Shown one piece after another: positions 28,266-41,477 of a stretch of 64,000 nt of DNA (positions within the stretch are counted from its first letter, which is position 1; each line of letters begins with the position of its first letter). The stretch is from Octopus vulgaris (taxonomy: Eukaryota). Made by a program: the position numbers and the translations under genes. The notes below the pieces were generated by a model. The model saw only the letters and a program-made list of their open reading frames with translations. It had not been told where the DNA came from and did not search any database. Where the stretch lies: assembly GCA_951406725.2 (NCBI GenBank), contig OX597815.1, forward strand, positions 194,308,001 to 194,372,000. Direction: 5' to 3'.

Positions 28266-29215
28266 AAAGAGAGAGAGAAGGAGAGAGAGAGAAGGAGAGA
28301 GAGAGAGAGAGAAAGATATATATATAGAAAGGCATACATATGCATAATTTCTTATTCCTTATTTTCTCGCTCCGACTGTTTCTCCCCCTCTCTCTACTAT
28401 CTTATGTAATCACCTATTTCTGCTTTACCGCTCCTCCTCTTCCTCCCTCTCAGACTGTCTGTTTGTCTGTCTGTCAGTCTCTCTGTCGCTTGCAAATCCT
28501 AATTTTTTGTCCTTCAGTACCACATAACAGTTTTTTTTCTATTTCACTGACAGCGTTTTTTTTTCTCCCCGCCAAAAACGTTAGACCATAAGATTTGAAT
28601 TAAAGAACTTTTCTAGATTTTTTAATGACCGAACATGTGAAATGAAAACTAAGACACCAAATTATTTGTTTAATCAATCTTCTTCATTATTTTCTCCAAA
28701 CGAAATGATATCAAGCAAAACAATACACGGTGCATACTGTGAAAATGATAAAGCCGCCATGACAATTGTCTGGTTCGTTGCATATTTCCTTAAATAAACC
28801 AGAGCCACCCAGATATCATCACTGAATACAAACACTGACAGAAAAAAGAAGAAAATAAAAGAAAAAAATACTCCACCTTTCTGTACTACTTAAATTTCAG
28901 TGTATTCCCATCAGAGCAGCACTGCTTAAAGAAAGATGTTATGGGATTAAAACGCTATGTAACAAGTACACGGACGAAGAAAAGCAAATAAGAGAGATAG
29001 GAAGGAAGGAAGGAAGGAAGGAAGGAAGGAAGAAAGGAAGGACGAACGGACAGAAGGAAGGAAGATAGAAAACAATTCCTCTAGTAATTAGTGTAGATGG
29101 GTGTAACAAAACATGAAGAAAAACAGTGCAAAAAAACAAAACAAAATAGAAGCAAAAATAATAAAAAAAACATCTACTATGTCTACGCAAACGCACACAT
29201 ATGTGATATATATGC

Positions 29216-29293
<78 letters not shown>

Positions 29294-29352
29294 GTATGTA
29301 TATATACGCATATATATATATATATATATACGTATGTATGTATGTATATATA

Positions 29353-29391
<39 letters not shown>

Positions 29392-29479
29392 GCACATATA
29401 TATATATATATAATAAACATGAAGCTGTCAGAAAAGCCAGAAAACGTGCATACATCCTGTACAGACCACTCACGATAAT

Positions 29480-29492
29480 ACTGCTGCTGCTG

Positions 29493-29528
<36 letters not shown>

Positions 29529-29578
29529 ATATTACTACTACAGATGATGATGATGATGATGATAATAATAATAATAAT

Positions 29579-29620
<42 letters not shown>

Positions 29621-29663
29621 TCATCTTGCGCAAAGGGAATGGTTGAGGGGATATATTAAGGAC

Positions 29664-29739
<76 letters not shown>

Positions 29740-29796
29740 AAGAGGGAGAGAGTGGGAAAGAGAAAGGGAAAGAGAAAGAGAGAGCAAGAAAGAGAA

Positions 29797-29828
<32 letters not shown>

Positions 29829-30126
29829 GGAGAGAGAAATACAAGCAAACATAGAAAATAACGATGACGCTTTTTTTATTCAGATTCGAGTATGAGGAAA
29901 CAGACACACGAAAAAAAACAAAACAAAACAAAAAACAAAGCAACAACAATGACAATAACAACAAAAACAACAACAACTATCAACACAGTATTGAATTACG
30001 TAACATCCATTGACATAAAAACATAGTTTAACGAAATTCGGTAAAGGAAGCGAAATATATTTACAGCGTCATCGGTAAGAGTAAGAAGGAATTGGCCGCC
30101 AATAGACTAAACAAAATGATTTCGAA

Positions 30127-30216
<90 letters not shown>

Positions 30217-30617
30217 TAGTAATAGTAGTAATAGTGGTAGTAGTAATAGTAGAAGTAGTAGTAGTAGCAGTAGTAGTTGTAGTAGTAGTAATAATAGTAG
30301 TCGTAATAATAATAGTAGTAATAATAGTAGTAATAGTAGTAGTAATAGTAGTAGTAATAGTAAAAACAGTAGTAGTAGTAATAGTAGTTGCAGTAATAGT
30401 AGCAATAGTTGTAGTATTGGCAGTAGCATTAGTAGTTGTAGGAGTAGTTGTAATAGTAGTAGTAATAATAGTAGTAGCCATAGTAGTAGCGGTAATAGTA
30501 GTAGTAGTAGTAGTAAGAGTAGTATTAGTAGTTGTAGTAGTAATAGTTATAGTAGTAGTAGTAGTCGTAATAGCAATAGTTGTAATAATAGTAATAGTAG
30601 TAACAACAGTAGTAATG

Positions 30618-30672
<55 letters not shown>

Positions 30673-31106
30673 CAGCAGCATTAACATCAGCATGGAAATA
30701 TCATGAAGTGGTTTTGAGATGAGTATCTGGGAAATAAAATGAAAGAAAGTATATTTCTTGTGAGAAGATGAAGTCGATAATAATAGCCAGGAAGATGATT
30801 ATGATGATGCTGACGGCGACGACGATGATGATGATATAGAGGTAAAATAAAGAGGAAGGTAGACATGATGATGATGATGATGATGATGATGATGGTGGTG
30901 ATGATATTAATGGTGATGATAATGATCATGATGATTAGTGTTGTTGTTCACGGTTATGGTGATGATGATGATGATGATGATGATGGTGATGATAGTGATG
31001 ATGATGATGATGATGGTGATGATGGTGATGATGATAGTGGTGATGATGAGGATGATGTGATGTGATGATGATGATGATGATGGTGATGGTGATGATGATG
31101 ATGTGA

Positions 31107-31138
<32 letters not shown>

Positions 31139-31144
31139 ATGATG

Positions 31145-31175
<31 letters not shown>

Positions 31176-31633
31176 GGATGATGGTGATGATGGTGATGAT
31201 GGTGATGATGGTGATGGTGATGATGATGATGATGGTGGTGATGATGATGATGATGATGATGATGATGGTGGTGGTGATGATGATGATGATGATGGTGATG
31301 ATGCTGATGAAGATTAAGAGCAAGTAGCAGAAGAGGAAGGCGATGATGCAGAGGATAAACGTGATTGTGGAGAATCAATAAAAGCGACGACGACGACGAC
31401 GATAATAATATTTGAAGGTGATGACAATGATCATCATAATGATGGTGATAGTGATAAAGAGAAAAAGAAAGACAACAAAACAAAACAACATAAATAATGT
31501 TTAAAACGATGACAACGATAGTGAATAATTATGACGATAACGACGATGACGACGGCAATGACAATGAAAATGACGATGATGATGATGAGGGTGATGATGT
31601 TGATGATGATGATGATGATGGTGATGATCGTGG

Positions 31634-31668
<35 letters not shown>

Positions 31669-31903
31669 GTGATGATGGTGGTGATGATGATGGTGGTGAT
31701 GATGATGATGGTGGTGATGATGATGATGGTGGTGATGATGATGACGGTGATGATGGTGATGATGATGAGGATGATGATGGTGATGATGAGGATGATGATG
31801 GTGGTGATGATGATGATGATGGTGATGGTGGTGATGGTGATGATGGTGATGATGATGATGGTGATGATGGTGATGATGATGATGGTAATGATGTTGATGA
31901 TGG

Positions 31904-31934
<31 letters not shown>

Positions 31935-31965
31935 GGTGATGATGATGATGATGGTGATGATGAAG
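29480..31965. repeat. Block of long trinucleotide tracts: (CTA)/(TAA), (AGT)n 30127-30680, (GAT/GGT)n 30865-31310 and 31510-31965
   Basis: Directly visible; explains the poly-S/T/H/D/M ORFs. Confidence 0.95.
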
Positions 31966-32744
31966 GCGAAAATGCAACGCAAGCAGAAGACTGTGTGTGA
32001 ATATGACAAGAATAAATACGATTATTATTCCGAAGCAGCAGAATTTCGAAAAAATACTGGAATTGGTGCAACCATTAGCATATTTATTGATCGGCAATAA
32101 TAAGTGACGTTATTGCATCCGAAAATCGTTTGCTATAAATAGTTTGATTATTACACAACACAATCTATAATTCTGAGATGGTATTGGTGAAAAGTTTGCC
32201 GATATTCTTTTAAGCGGGATCAACCGCGTGGTTAAGTAGCTCAGTTTGTAACTACGTGGTTCCGTGTTCGATCTCGTGGCATGGTATTTTCGGAAAGTTT
32301 CATGTAGCGTATAGACATGACAGCTCGATCCAAACTTTGTGAATGACTTGTTAAGTGGAAATTGTTAGATGCATGTGTTTCGGAGTGGTTATCTCCTCCT
32401 CAGTAGCAGCAACAGAGGCGAGAAAGGCAGACGCTGCGAAATGACACGAAAGACAAGTTTCTCTAGTGATATCCCCATCATCGTTCAATGACTGGTTGTG
32501 CTATTCAGCGGCTCACCGTACATACACTACTGGATGACAACGCTTAGCAGGGATTTATATATAAATACGAACGTGCTACAAGTTCAGATATGCTCCCGGC
32601 ATATTCGGATCCGCAAGAAAGCAATTTACTGTATTTTGTTAAGGAAAAATTGTCTCTTTACTTGTATTCTTTTATCCTAAAGTCCTCATACTGGTTTCAA
32701 TTATCTAATACCTTACAAATATTTGATAGAATTTAAAATTAATC

Positions 32745-33151
32745 AGGATTGGCTGTGTGGTAAGTAGCTTGCTTACCAACCACATGATTCCGGGTTCAGT
32801 CCCACTGCATGGCACCTTGGGCAAGTGTCTTCTACTATAGCCTCGGACCGACCAAAGCCTTGTGAGTGGATTTGGTAGACGGAAACTGAAAGAAGCCCGT
32901 CGCATATATATATAAAAACATATATTTATGCATGTATGTTTGTATATATGCTTGTGTCTGTATTTGTCCCTCCAGCATCGCTTGACAACCGATGGTGGTG
33001 TGTCTACGTCCCCGTAACTTAGCGGTTCGGCAAAAGGGACCGATAGAATAAGTACTAGGCTTACAAAGAATAAGTCCTGGGGTCGACTTGCTCGACAAAA
33101 GGCGATGCTCCAGCATGGTCGCAGTCAAAAGACTTGAAACAAGTAAAAGAG
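32745..33151 (+). mobile_element. Family C SINE
   Basis: Head, core and tail match the other copies. Confidence 0.9.
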
Positions 33152-33485
33152 TTAAATTTATATTTTTCAAAATTATTACAAATTTTTCTTTAAATTCTTT
33201 AGTTTTTACAACTACCACTATTTACTTTACTTTACTATTTCCCCCTAGAACTCGCTTGAGACATCTCCATCTTTAATTAGGTCCATTTTTTTCTTTCTTG
33301 AATTTGTTAAATATAAATTTAAATGTTTCTCCCTTAATTGCTTGATATCTTTCGTTGAGTGCCGTCTTCCGTTTCCTATCCACCGAATTCACTAACATTT
33401 TTAGCATTCGTTTCCTTTCCGTTCCTTTAAAATATCCTCTCTGATGAACTACGAACATTGATTTTTTTAATGTTTTATCTCTCAT
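33152..33485 (-). mobile_element. Possible Penelope-like GIY-YIG endonuclease C-terminal remnant
   Basis: RKRMLKMLVNS...TALNER loosely resembles the R..LE...I....LN C-terminal motif; weak. Confidence 0.3.
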
Positions 33486-33670
33486 CTCAAGGATTCAAAT
33501 ATATTGAGTTTATGATACACATTTCTTTTATACACACACATACATAAATCAATACACACACATATATATTTATACATACACGCATACATACATACATACA
33601 TACATACATACATACATACATACATACATACATACATACATACACGCATACGTACAGACATAGGTACACG

Positions 33671-33706
<36 letters not shown>

Positions 33707-33729
33707 CATACACACATATATATACACAC

Positions 33730-33775
<46 letters not shown>

Positions 33776-33815
33776 ATATATATACACATACATATATATA
33801 TATATACACATACAG

Positions 33816-33888
<73 letters not shown>

Positions 33889-34634
33889 CATAGATACATA
33901 CACACACGCATACATACATACATACATACACGCATACATACATACATACATACATACACACACACATACATACATACACACATACATACATACATACATA
34001 CATACATACATACATACATACATACATACATACATACATACATACATACACACATACATACATGAGTGTAATTTATTACGTTATATTTTTTTACGTCACT
34101 TCACTAAAAGATTCACTACTTCACCGTTTAAAATACATTTTAATACACTTGAAATAACTATTTCTATCTTGAAAGAATTTCTTTTTTTAAACAAATTTGA
34201 AAGATTTTAGTCACGCATTTAGATGCTTCATTTCTATGAAGAATTTCAATTTACAGCAGATATCTTTATTATTTTACACCGATAATCTTGTACGCAACAA
34301 CCCGTCCTGAAAGTTTGTGAATTTTTGTGAATTTTTGTCAAAACTTTGAATAAGGACACCCTCTACTCCACTGGGTGTGGAGGGGGGCTACTATATTATT
34401 CACCAAAAGGCACGACATTTGTAATATATTATTTTCTCTGATCTGTTTTTCCCCTGTTGGAGTTATGGGGCCTGTAACACTTACTAATCAGAATCAGTGA
34501 GAGGGTAGCAGGAAGAACGATTCTTGCCACTGCCCACCTCATTAGAGAATCTTACAATCCCATTCTCTTCTTTATAATACAACATCAGGGTGATTGTAAG
34601 AAGCAGGGCATGTACGACAACAACAACAACAACA

Positions 34635-34830
34635 GTGGAGGCGCAATGGCCCAGTGGTTAGGGCAGCGGACTCGCGATCGTAAGAACGCGGTTTCGATTC
34701 CCTGACCGGGCGTTGTGAGTATTTATTGAGCAAAAACACCTAAGCTCCACGAGGCTCCGGTGGGTGGTTGTTGGATGGGTGAAGCCCGCTGTACTCTTTT
34801 ACCACAACTTTCTCTCACTCTTTCTTCCTA
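34635..34830 (+). mobile_element. Family A SINE 5' part
   Basis: ggaggcgcaatggcccagtggttagggcagcggactcgcg... Confidence 0.85.
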
Positions 34831-35457
34831 CTTCTGCCACAAAGCAGAGGAACCATGGTGTAACCCACTATGGTGTGGTAAACTTTCAGACTCTAGTCTA
34901 GATTGCGAATCCTCTGTACTCCAGGATGGTTCAGCTCTCCACTCGTTAAAAGCCACCGTTTACGGAATGAGGATAGCAACGTAGCTTTCGCCCCCGTGCA
35001 ACCGCCAGTCTATCGCTTGTGGTAGGTGACTCTTCAAGTTGCCACACGCACTCTTAGTAGCTTAGAGTAGGCTCGAATTAGAGACTATTCTTTGTGGCTA
35101 ATGGCGTGAGTCCTGATTGGAAGAAGAAGAAGTAGACAGCAGCAACAACATCCAAGAAACGGCCTCAAAAACAACGAAAGAAGTTCCGCCTTCGAGGGTT
35201 ACCACAACAGCATTACCACCAACAACAGAAAGCCCCGAAAGTAACAACAAAACGAAGAACAGAAGCACATCCCAAGATATGGATTCATCCTCATTGCAGA
35301 CAAATCAGGCATGTCGTGCGGCGAAGGTGACATGGGAGACTCTAAATAGCGAAGAGTCTAATGGAAGGAAAACATTATACCAACATTGAATTAAGGAGAG
35401 AGATTGCATTAAAACAACGACAGGGGACAGACACATCCAAAACACACACACACACAC

Positions 35458-35505
<48 letters not shown>

Positions 35506-35514
<9 letters not shown>

Positions 35515-35854
35515 GTGAAGGGAAGAAATGGAGCTGAACGAAGATTCTACAGAATTCCTTTTATTATTTTCTACACATGTTTCAAAGGCCGCAAATTTCC
35601 AAATTCGGACTGAATAAGGAGACCATAAGGTGCTATTTCATGGGCTCCTAAGGAGCGTTTTGTTCGAATACCTCGCTGCGCATTTGTTTTGGAGTTTTAA
35701 ATTCCTGGATTTTCCTGAAGAGAAAGCTGCAAAATAGTCTCCTTATTCAGTCCGAATTTGGAAATTTGCGGCCTTTGAAACATGTGTAGAAAATAATAAA
35801 AGGAATTCTGTAGAATCTTCGTTCAGCTCCATTTCTTCCCTTCACTAAATATAT
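35506..35854. mobile_element. (TA)n-flanked inverted-repeat element containing a hammerhead (Penelope-like inverted pLTR)
   Basis: About 117-bp arms 35506-35623 / 35737-35854, identical by eye. Confidence 0.75.
35709..35794 (+). ncRNA. Type-I hammerhead motif with long stem II
   Basis: auuuuc-CUGAAGA-gaaagcugcaaa...uuugcggccuuu-GAA-ACAUGUGU-A-gaaaau; GUA site. Confidence 0.75.
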
Positions 35855-36120
35855 TAAACTTCAATTATCCGCGCTAAGGCACGGTTGCGACACCCCAAGG
35901 TCGTAACTCCAACCGTGTTTTTTCTGTTGTGATTTTTGCTACCCAGGTATCGGTTAAATTTTGAATAATCCTTAACAAGATAATTCATTTATCCATTTCA
36001 ATAAATATATATATAATATAGGATAAAAGTTTTTGAAAAAAATTCCATCAATGGCCAGCATATTAAAAATACCATTAAAGGTTAAATTTATAAACAAGGG
36101 TAAAAGAAAAAATTCCGTTA

Positions 36121-36180
36121 TTATCATATCGGAACCGATTTCAGAGTTAATTCATAAGAACTTCTCTTCGTCAGTGATAA
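36121..36180 (-). ncRNA. Type-I hammerhead motif
   Basis: Minus: uuauca-CUGACGA-agagaaguuc(uuau)gaauuaacucu-GAA-Aucgg(uu)ccgaU-A-ugauaa; AUA site, perfect 6-bp stem I. Confidence 0.8.
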
Positions 36181-36249
36181 ATGCGGCAAAGAAATAAATG
36201 AAATACTTACTTGGGTATAAGTAAGTATTTCATTTATTTCTTACCGTAT

Positions 36250-36310
36250 TTATTGCTGACGAGGAGAAAATTCTTATGAATTAACTCTGAAATCGGTTCC
36301 GATATGATAA
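36250..36310 (+). ncRNA. Type-I hammerhead motif (inverted sister copy)
   Basis: uuauug-CUGACGA-ggagaaaauuc(uuau)gaauuaacucu-GAA-Aucgg(uu)ccgaU-A-ugauaa; stem I retained through G-U wobbles. Confidence 0.7.
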
Positions 36311-36440
36311 TAACGGAATATTTTAGAAATTTCTGTCGGCTTTCTTCGAGACACGTACTTATAGTGATAGTTATTGACGAAGTGTCTATTTTCAGCATAT
36401 TTGGCATTAGAATTTTTTTCTTTTGTCCTTGTTTATAAGT

Positions 36441-36541
<101 letters not shown>

Positions 36542-36577
36542 ATATATATATATTTTATATATGTTTTTTTGTTTGTT

Positions 36578-36748
36578 CCTTCTTGAGCCATGCCTGGCTC
36601 ATAAGGACCGGTTTCCTGGTTTCCTTGGCGTATAGGTTCCCCACCTGGATGGGACGCCGATATAAACACACACATCGCCCGGTCTGAGATTCGACCCCGC
36701 GATCCCTCGACCGCGAGTTCGCTGCTCTAACCACTAGGCCATGTGCCT

Positions 36749-36752
<4 letters not shown>
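36578..36752 (-). mobile_element. Family A SINE with internal deletion (tail Y)
   Basis: Head and tail match 3421-3713; the central ~120 bp is missing. Confidence 0.8.
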
Positions 36753-36785
<33 letters not shown>

Positions 36786-36817
36786 TCATGGATTCTCCCG
36801 TCGTTAGACGACATATG

Positions 36818-36980
36818 ACAGGATTCTTTCAGTTTCCATCTACCAAATTCACTCACACGGCTTTGGTCGGCCCGAAGCTCATAGTTGAATATGCTTGCCC
36901 AAGGTGCCACGCAGTGAGACTTAACCCGGATACATGTGGTTGGGAAGCAAATTTTTTACCATACAGACACGCCGGCGCCT
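36818..36980 (-). mobile_element. Family C SINE 5' half (diverged)
   Basis: Matches the family C head and core. Confidence 0.7.
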
Positions 36981-37416
36981 ATGTATGTACAATTGTGCAT
37001 ACTTATAATCTAAACTTGTATTACATTTTAAACATAGTTGTGTAGGTGTGTTCTTTATATTTTCCATTTATTTGTCATTCAGTGAAACACCGTTTACTGA
37101 AATTAAAAAGAGAGAACATTATTTATTTACATCGTTTTCATTTTCTAATATAATATTTCTCCGATAGTAAAGTAAGATTTTATTCATATTTTTTTTTCTA
37201 TACCAGAAACATTTTATATTTCTTTCACTTCGAGTTTGTTTATTTCATTTTTACTTAGACGTTTACACATGTTTGCTGTTATATGAATACTTGTGTGAAT
37301 ATTCATTAAGTAGTTTACCTCTGTAACTGTATTTTCAAAACTTATATTTTATTTACTTTCAAACCATTTTTATTTATCTGCGTCTGTGTAATTTTATTTA
37401 CATTCTTATATAAGCT

Positions 37417-37545
37417 TTTTGCTATTAATTCTCATAACCTAGAATATTACACTTACGTTTTAGCTAAAATGTATACCATAATTTTTGCTATTAATTCTCA
37501 TAGTCTAGAATATTATACTTAAGTTTTAGCTAAAATCTATATCAT
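37417..37545. repeat. Local tandem duplication (about 65-bp period)
   Basis: ttttgctattaattctcata..ctagaatatta.actta.gttttagctaaaat occurs twice. Confidence 0.8.
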
Positions 37546-37895
37546 TAAGAGAAAAATCTACATTCTGAAATTCGGTAATCATACAGTTTGAAATCATAGA
37601 TATTCACAACAATTCCCGTAAGTAGTTAAATGTCAATCACATTTTAGCCGCTAGATTTTGAAATAATTTAACATCAGTTGACTGGAATGATTCCCTATAC
37701 TTATGAAATAGAGGATATTCTATTTGTTGCTGACAGAAAATGTTGAATTTATGATTATCTTTTATTATTTCGGAATTGCTGGACAATTGAAATACAACCG
37801 TGAAATACAACCACACAAGAAGCATCCAGCCAGAACGACTGATCTATATAAGAAAACAAAAACTAGAAAAAAAAAACAAATTTATACCCTCGGAA

Positions 37896-37963
<68 letters not shown>

Positions 37964-37964
37964 C

Positions 37965-38388
37965 ATACCTATTTCTTTACTACCCACGAGGGGCTAAACA
38001 CAGAGAGGACAAACAAGGGACAGACAAACGGATTAACTCGATTATATCGACCCCAGTGCGTAACTGGTACTTATTTAATCGATTCCGAAAGGATGAAAGG
38101 CAAAGTCGACCACAACGGAATTTGAACTCAGACCGTAACGGCAGACGAAATACCTACTTCTTTATTACCCACAAGGGGCTAAAACACAGAGGAGACAAAC
38201 AAGGACAGACAAACGAATTAAGTCGATTATATCGACCCCAGTGCGTAACTGGCACTTATTTAATCGATTCCGAAAGGATGAAAGGCAAAGTCGACCTCGG
38301 CGGAATTTGAACTCAGAACGTAACGGCAGACGAAATACGGCTACGCATTTCGCCCGGCGTGCTAATGGTTCTGCCAGCTCGCCGCCTT
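37965..38388 (-). mobile_element. SINE family D dimer
   Basis: Units begin at 37966 and 38151; the head ends at about 38387. Confidence 0.85.
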
Positions 38389-38899
38389 CTGGAACCAATA
38401 TATATATACCACCTCAGAATATCCTCATAAACTGGATGCAGTGGTGTCGCATCAGTTGCAGTTGGTACGATGAAAACGTTGACATCAAATAAATGTCTAA
38501 ATGAAGTTAGTAGTCTTTGAGTGTTTTTGAATGGCTAATTACGTGTCTCCAACACAGTAATTGCTTTATTCATTAGACAGTGGCAATGCCGGGTCACCGC
38601 TTTGAGGAATTTTAGTCGAACGAATCGATTACAGTACTTAAGCCTGATATTTATTCTATCGATCTCTCTTGACGAACCACTAAGTTACGGGGACGTAAAC
38701 ACCCTCACACCGGTTATTCAGTTGTATTATTTGTATAATGTGCTTTCACTGCACTACCGAGCACAGCTCTTTGTGCTTCGGGTATGTGTAATGGTTTGTT
38801 TTAGTGTTGTTATTTTCACTGTATCAATAGTGCTTTACGTAGGAGGTGCACAGTGCCGAGAAATGCTATTTTCTGTATGTTATATATAGATTCGTAAGT

Positions 38900-39205
38900 C
38901 TTAGTGTTTTGGTTAACGTATTTGCCTCTATGTTTTTTATAGTTTCTGCTTTTAAGCTCCACATTCGAATTATCTCTACTTCCAGACCTTTGTATTTTGA
39001 GAGTTTCTCTGTTTTTCTTAGAGATACATTGTCATTTGATGCGTAGATTAGAAGGCATTTTTGTTTCCGTTGGTGACCTCCAACAAATCCATCCGGTCTA
39101 TTAGCCTTGATCTTTCTAACTGTGTGTATTGGCATATCCCAAAATACAGTTGCTTCGTCATTTTCTGGGATATGCCTATACCATCTTTTCTCTGCTGTCA
39201 TTCCA
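38900..39205 (-). pseudogene. R4/Dong-like non-LTR retrotransposon fragment (restriction-like endonuclease domain)
   Basis: WYRHIP..VFWDMPIHT.RKIKANRPD...KCLLI..KTEKLSKYKGLEVEIIRMW matches the RPD..D/K..KY..L RLE motif. Confidence 0.85.
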
Positions 39206-39216
39206 TTGTGTTGGTA

Positions 39217-39283
<67 letters not shown>

Positions 39284-39615
39284 ACAAATTTGAGCGTGTT
39301 AATCTAATTAGCAGGAATGTTATCTTGAGGATTGGAACCAACAAGTCTCCTCGATTCCTCAAGAATCTTTCTGAGGGTTCTTGTAAAATACAGAATGGTA
39401 CTTTTCTGTAAGCCCATAATGCGAGTCTCCATTCCAATCTCTTTCAGTTTTGCAACATTTTTGGTGTTGTGCCAAGTGCACCAATTACCGCACGAATAAT
39501 TGTTGTTTTAACCTTCCACAGTTTCTTCAGCCTTTTGGCTAGATCCTGATATTTCTCAGTTCTTTTTTCTCCTATTTCTTTGTAATCGACTCTTCTGTCA
39601 TAGAGTATTGCAATG
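39217..39615 (-). pseudogene. R4/Dong-like 3' end with (TAG)n tail
   Basis: Minus: EKYQDLAKRLKKLWKVKTTIIRAVIGALGTTPK, followed downstream by a trinucleotide repeat. Confidence 0.8.
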
Positions 39616-39619
39616 TCTA

Positions 39620-40157
39620 GGGGTGGAATTCAGAAAATAAAAACAAAAATACAAAAGACGAAGACAGGTGGTATAGACAACAAACACATGTATATTTACA
39701 AAGTCAGAAAACAGCACAGCTCCCATGACTTTAGGAAAAATTTTTTCACGCTGAGAGTTGCTGAAGCATGGAACAAACTGACGGCATCAGTTGTTAGTTG
39801 TCGGAGCACAGCATCCTTCAAAACTTCCATGCTTCCTGACATTCGCCAACACTACACCTGATTTTCTCCCCTCCATACGCACGCAAGCATGTATCTGACT
39901 CATACACTGTTCACTTTCCAGACATTTGTACATTACCGCATATACTTTATACGCACTTTCTGACAAGTTGTGGTGCACCTGAGCACTGTATACAATATTT
40001 TCATTATTATTATTATTTATTATTATAACGTTCGGTAAGTGAAAAAGTCTTTAACGTTTCGAGCCTACGCTCTTCCACAGAAAGAAACAAGGAGAGAAAA
40101 TAAAGAATCAAGGAGAGAAAATAAAGACTGTGTAGTGACTAGTGATCTATCATGGCG
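39620..40157 (-). mobile_element. Short repeated element (same as 54841-54922 and 55289-55473) interrupted by a LINE 3' end
   Basis: gaattca.aaaa..aagacgaagacaggtggt...aacgtttcgagcctacgctctt..acagaaag...gatctatcatggc occurs at all sites. Confidence 0.7.
39693..40022 (+). mobile_element. CR1/L2-group LINE 3' end with (ATT)n tail
   Basis: YKVRKQHSSHDFRKNFFTLRVAEAWNKLTASVV..STASFK; stop at 39861; nested in the element above. Confidence 0.8.
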
Positions 40158-40389
40158 TTCTTAAACAGTTTGTTTATTTTGTTCTCTAAGATCACATTTG
40201 GTCGTCTTACTTCAACAATATGCTCAGTCTTTATGGAGAAGTCCCGTAAGTTCCTGTAATTCTTTTCTCTTCCGCAGCCTCTGGTTCATGTTTGTACTAC
40301 TTGCCTGTTATTTCGAACCCAAACGCTCATCCATTGCACTCTTTTAACTACACAGTCATACCTGCGTTTATACTTTTTTGTACTAGCTT

Positions 40390-40390
40390 A

Positions 40391-40479
<89 letters not shown>

Positions 40480-40830
40480 CATCTTTATTATTATTATCAT
40501 TCTTGTTATTTTCATTTTCGTACACACACAACAGATAAGACTGTTGAAACAAATCCTAACATCGGGCTACACCAAGTAAACTTAAATGCCAAGAATCCTC
40601 GTAAGTATCCCAGCTGTCCCTAATAACACTGTTTTCTGGAGTTGTACTAAACTTAGTTTTATGCCTATTTCCCCTATCCATCTGTTCAGATATTTAGGGA
40701 TGGTTCCCAATGCACCTGTACTGGGATACATTTTACCCGCACTTTCCATACCCCCTGTAATTCAATGACTAGATCCTGGTACTTTGCTATTTTCTCTATG
40801 CTTCTCATATTGATTTTTTTCATCATTTGG
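40390..40830 (-). pseudogene. R4/Dong-like 3' end with (TAA)n tail
   Basis: Minus: EKIAKYQDLV...GALGTIPKYL...QLQKTVLLGTAGILTRILGI*. Confidence 0.8.
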
Positions 40831-40859
40831 GATGAAAACTCTCAGCTTATTTTGCTGGA

Positions 40860-41442
40860 TATGATGGGAAATCTCAGCTATTCACAGCCAGCAGACTAGG
40901 GGGATGCTTCAAGAACCTTGCGAAGAAGTCTTGCAGTTCCAAGCAATGCTGAATTTTGTAGGCGTTCTATCCTTACTTCTTTTTAATCCATTTTGGTAGC
41001 TGAGTGCTGATACTTCTAAGTACGCCAATTACTGTTGGCATTACGTCTAGTCTCCTCATCGACATAACCTTCGTATTTCCCATTCAAATCGCCGTAATTG
41101 TTCAGTTTTTCTGCTTCTTTCTCTTTGATCCTGCTATCACCGGAACATGCTATGTCGATTTTCATGCAAGTTCTTCCTTTTTTGTTAGCCACCAGAACTC
41201 CCGATGTCTGGTCAGCTGATCGCACTGAATCATTGCATCCAACAGAATTTTGCAATCTTCATTCTCGGTGACTCCTGGGGGTTTTCTCATACCACATCTT
41301 TGCTCTTTGTAGACAGTGATTTTCACAGAGCTCCCAACGGATCATTCTTTTCACATTGTCATGTCATCTTTTATATTCGCGCTGTGCCATACCGCTAACC
41401 ATGTGCCATACCGTTTCACTCCTCTTAATACACATTTAGCAT

Positions 41443-41477
<35 letters not shown>

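Larger units (their letters stand above)
36010..36319. mobile_element. (TA)n-adjacent palindromic element with two hammerheads
   Basis: Arms 36112-36212 / 36219-36319 with a 6-nt spacer. Confidence 0.75.

Noticed and set aside
34850-35400. GC-richer block with an S/T/P-rich ORF (35117-35389), possibly a LINE 5' end/ORF1
   Set aside because: No recognisable domain, so it cannot be classified from sequence alone.
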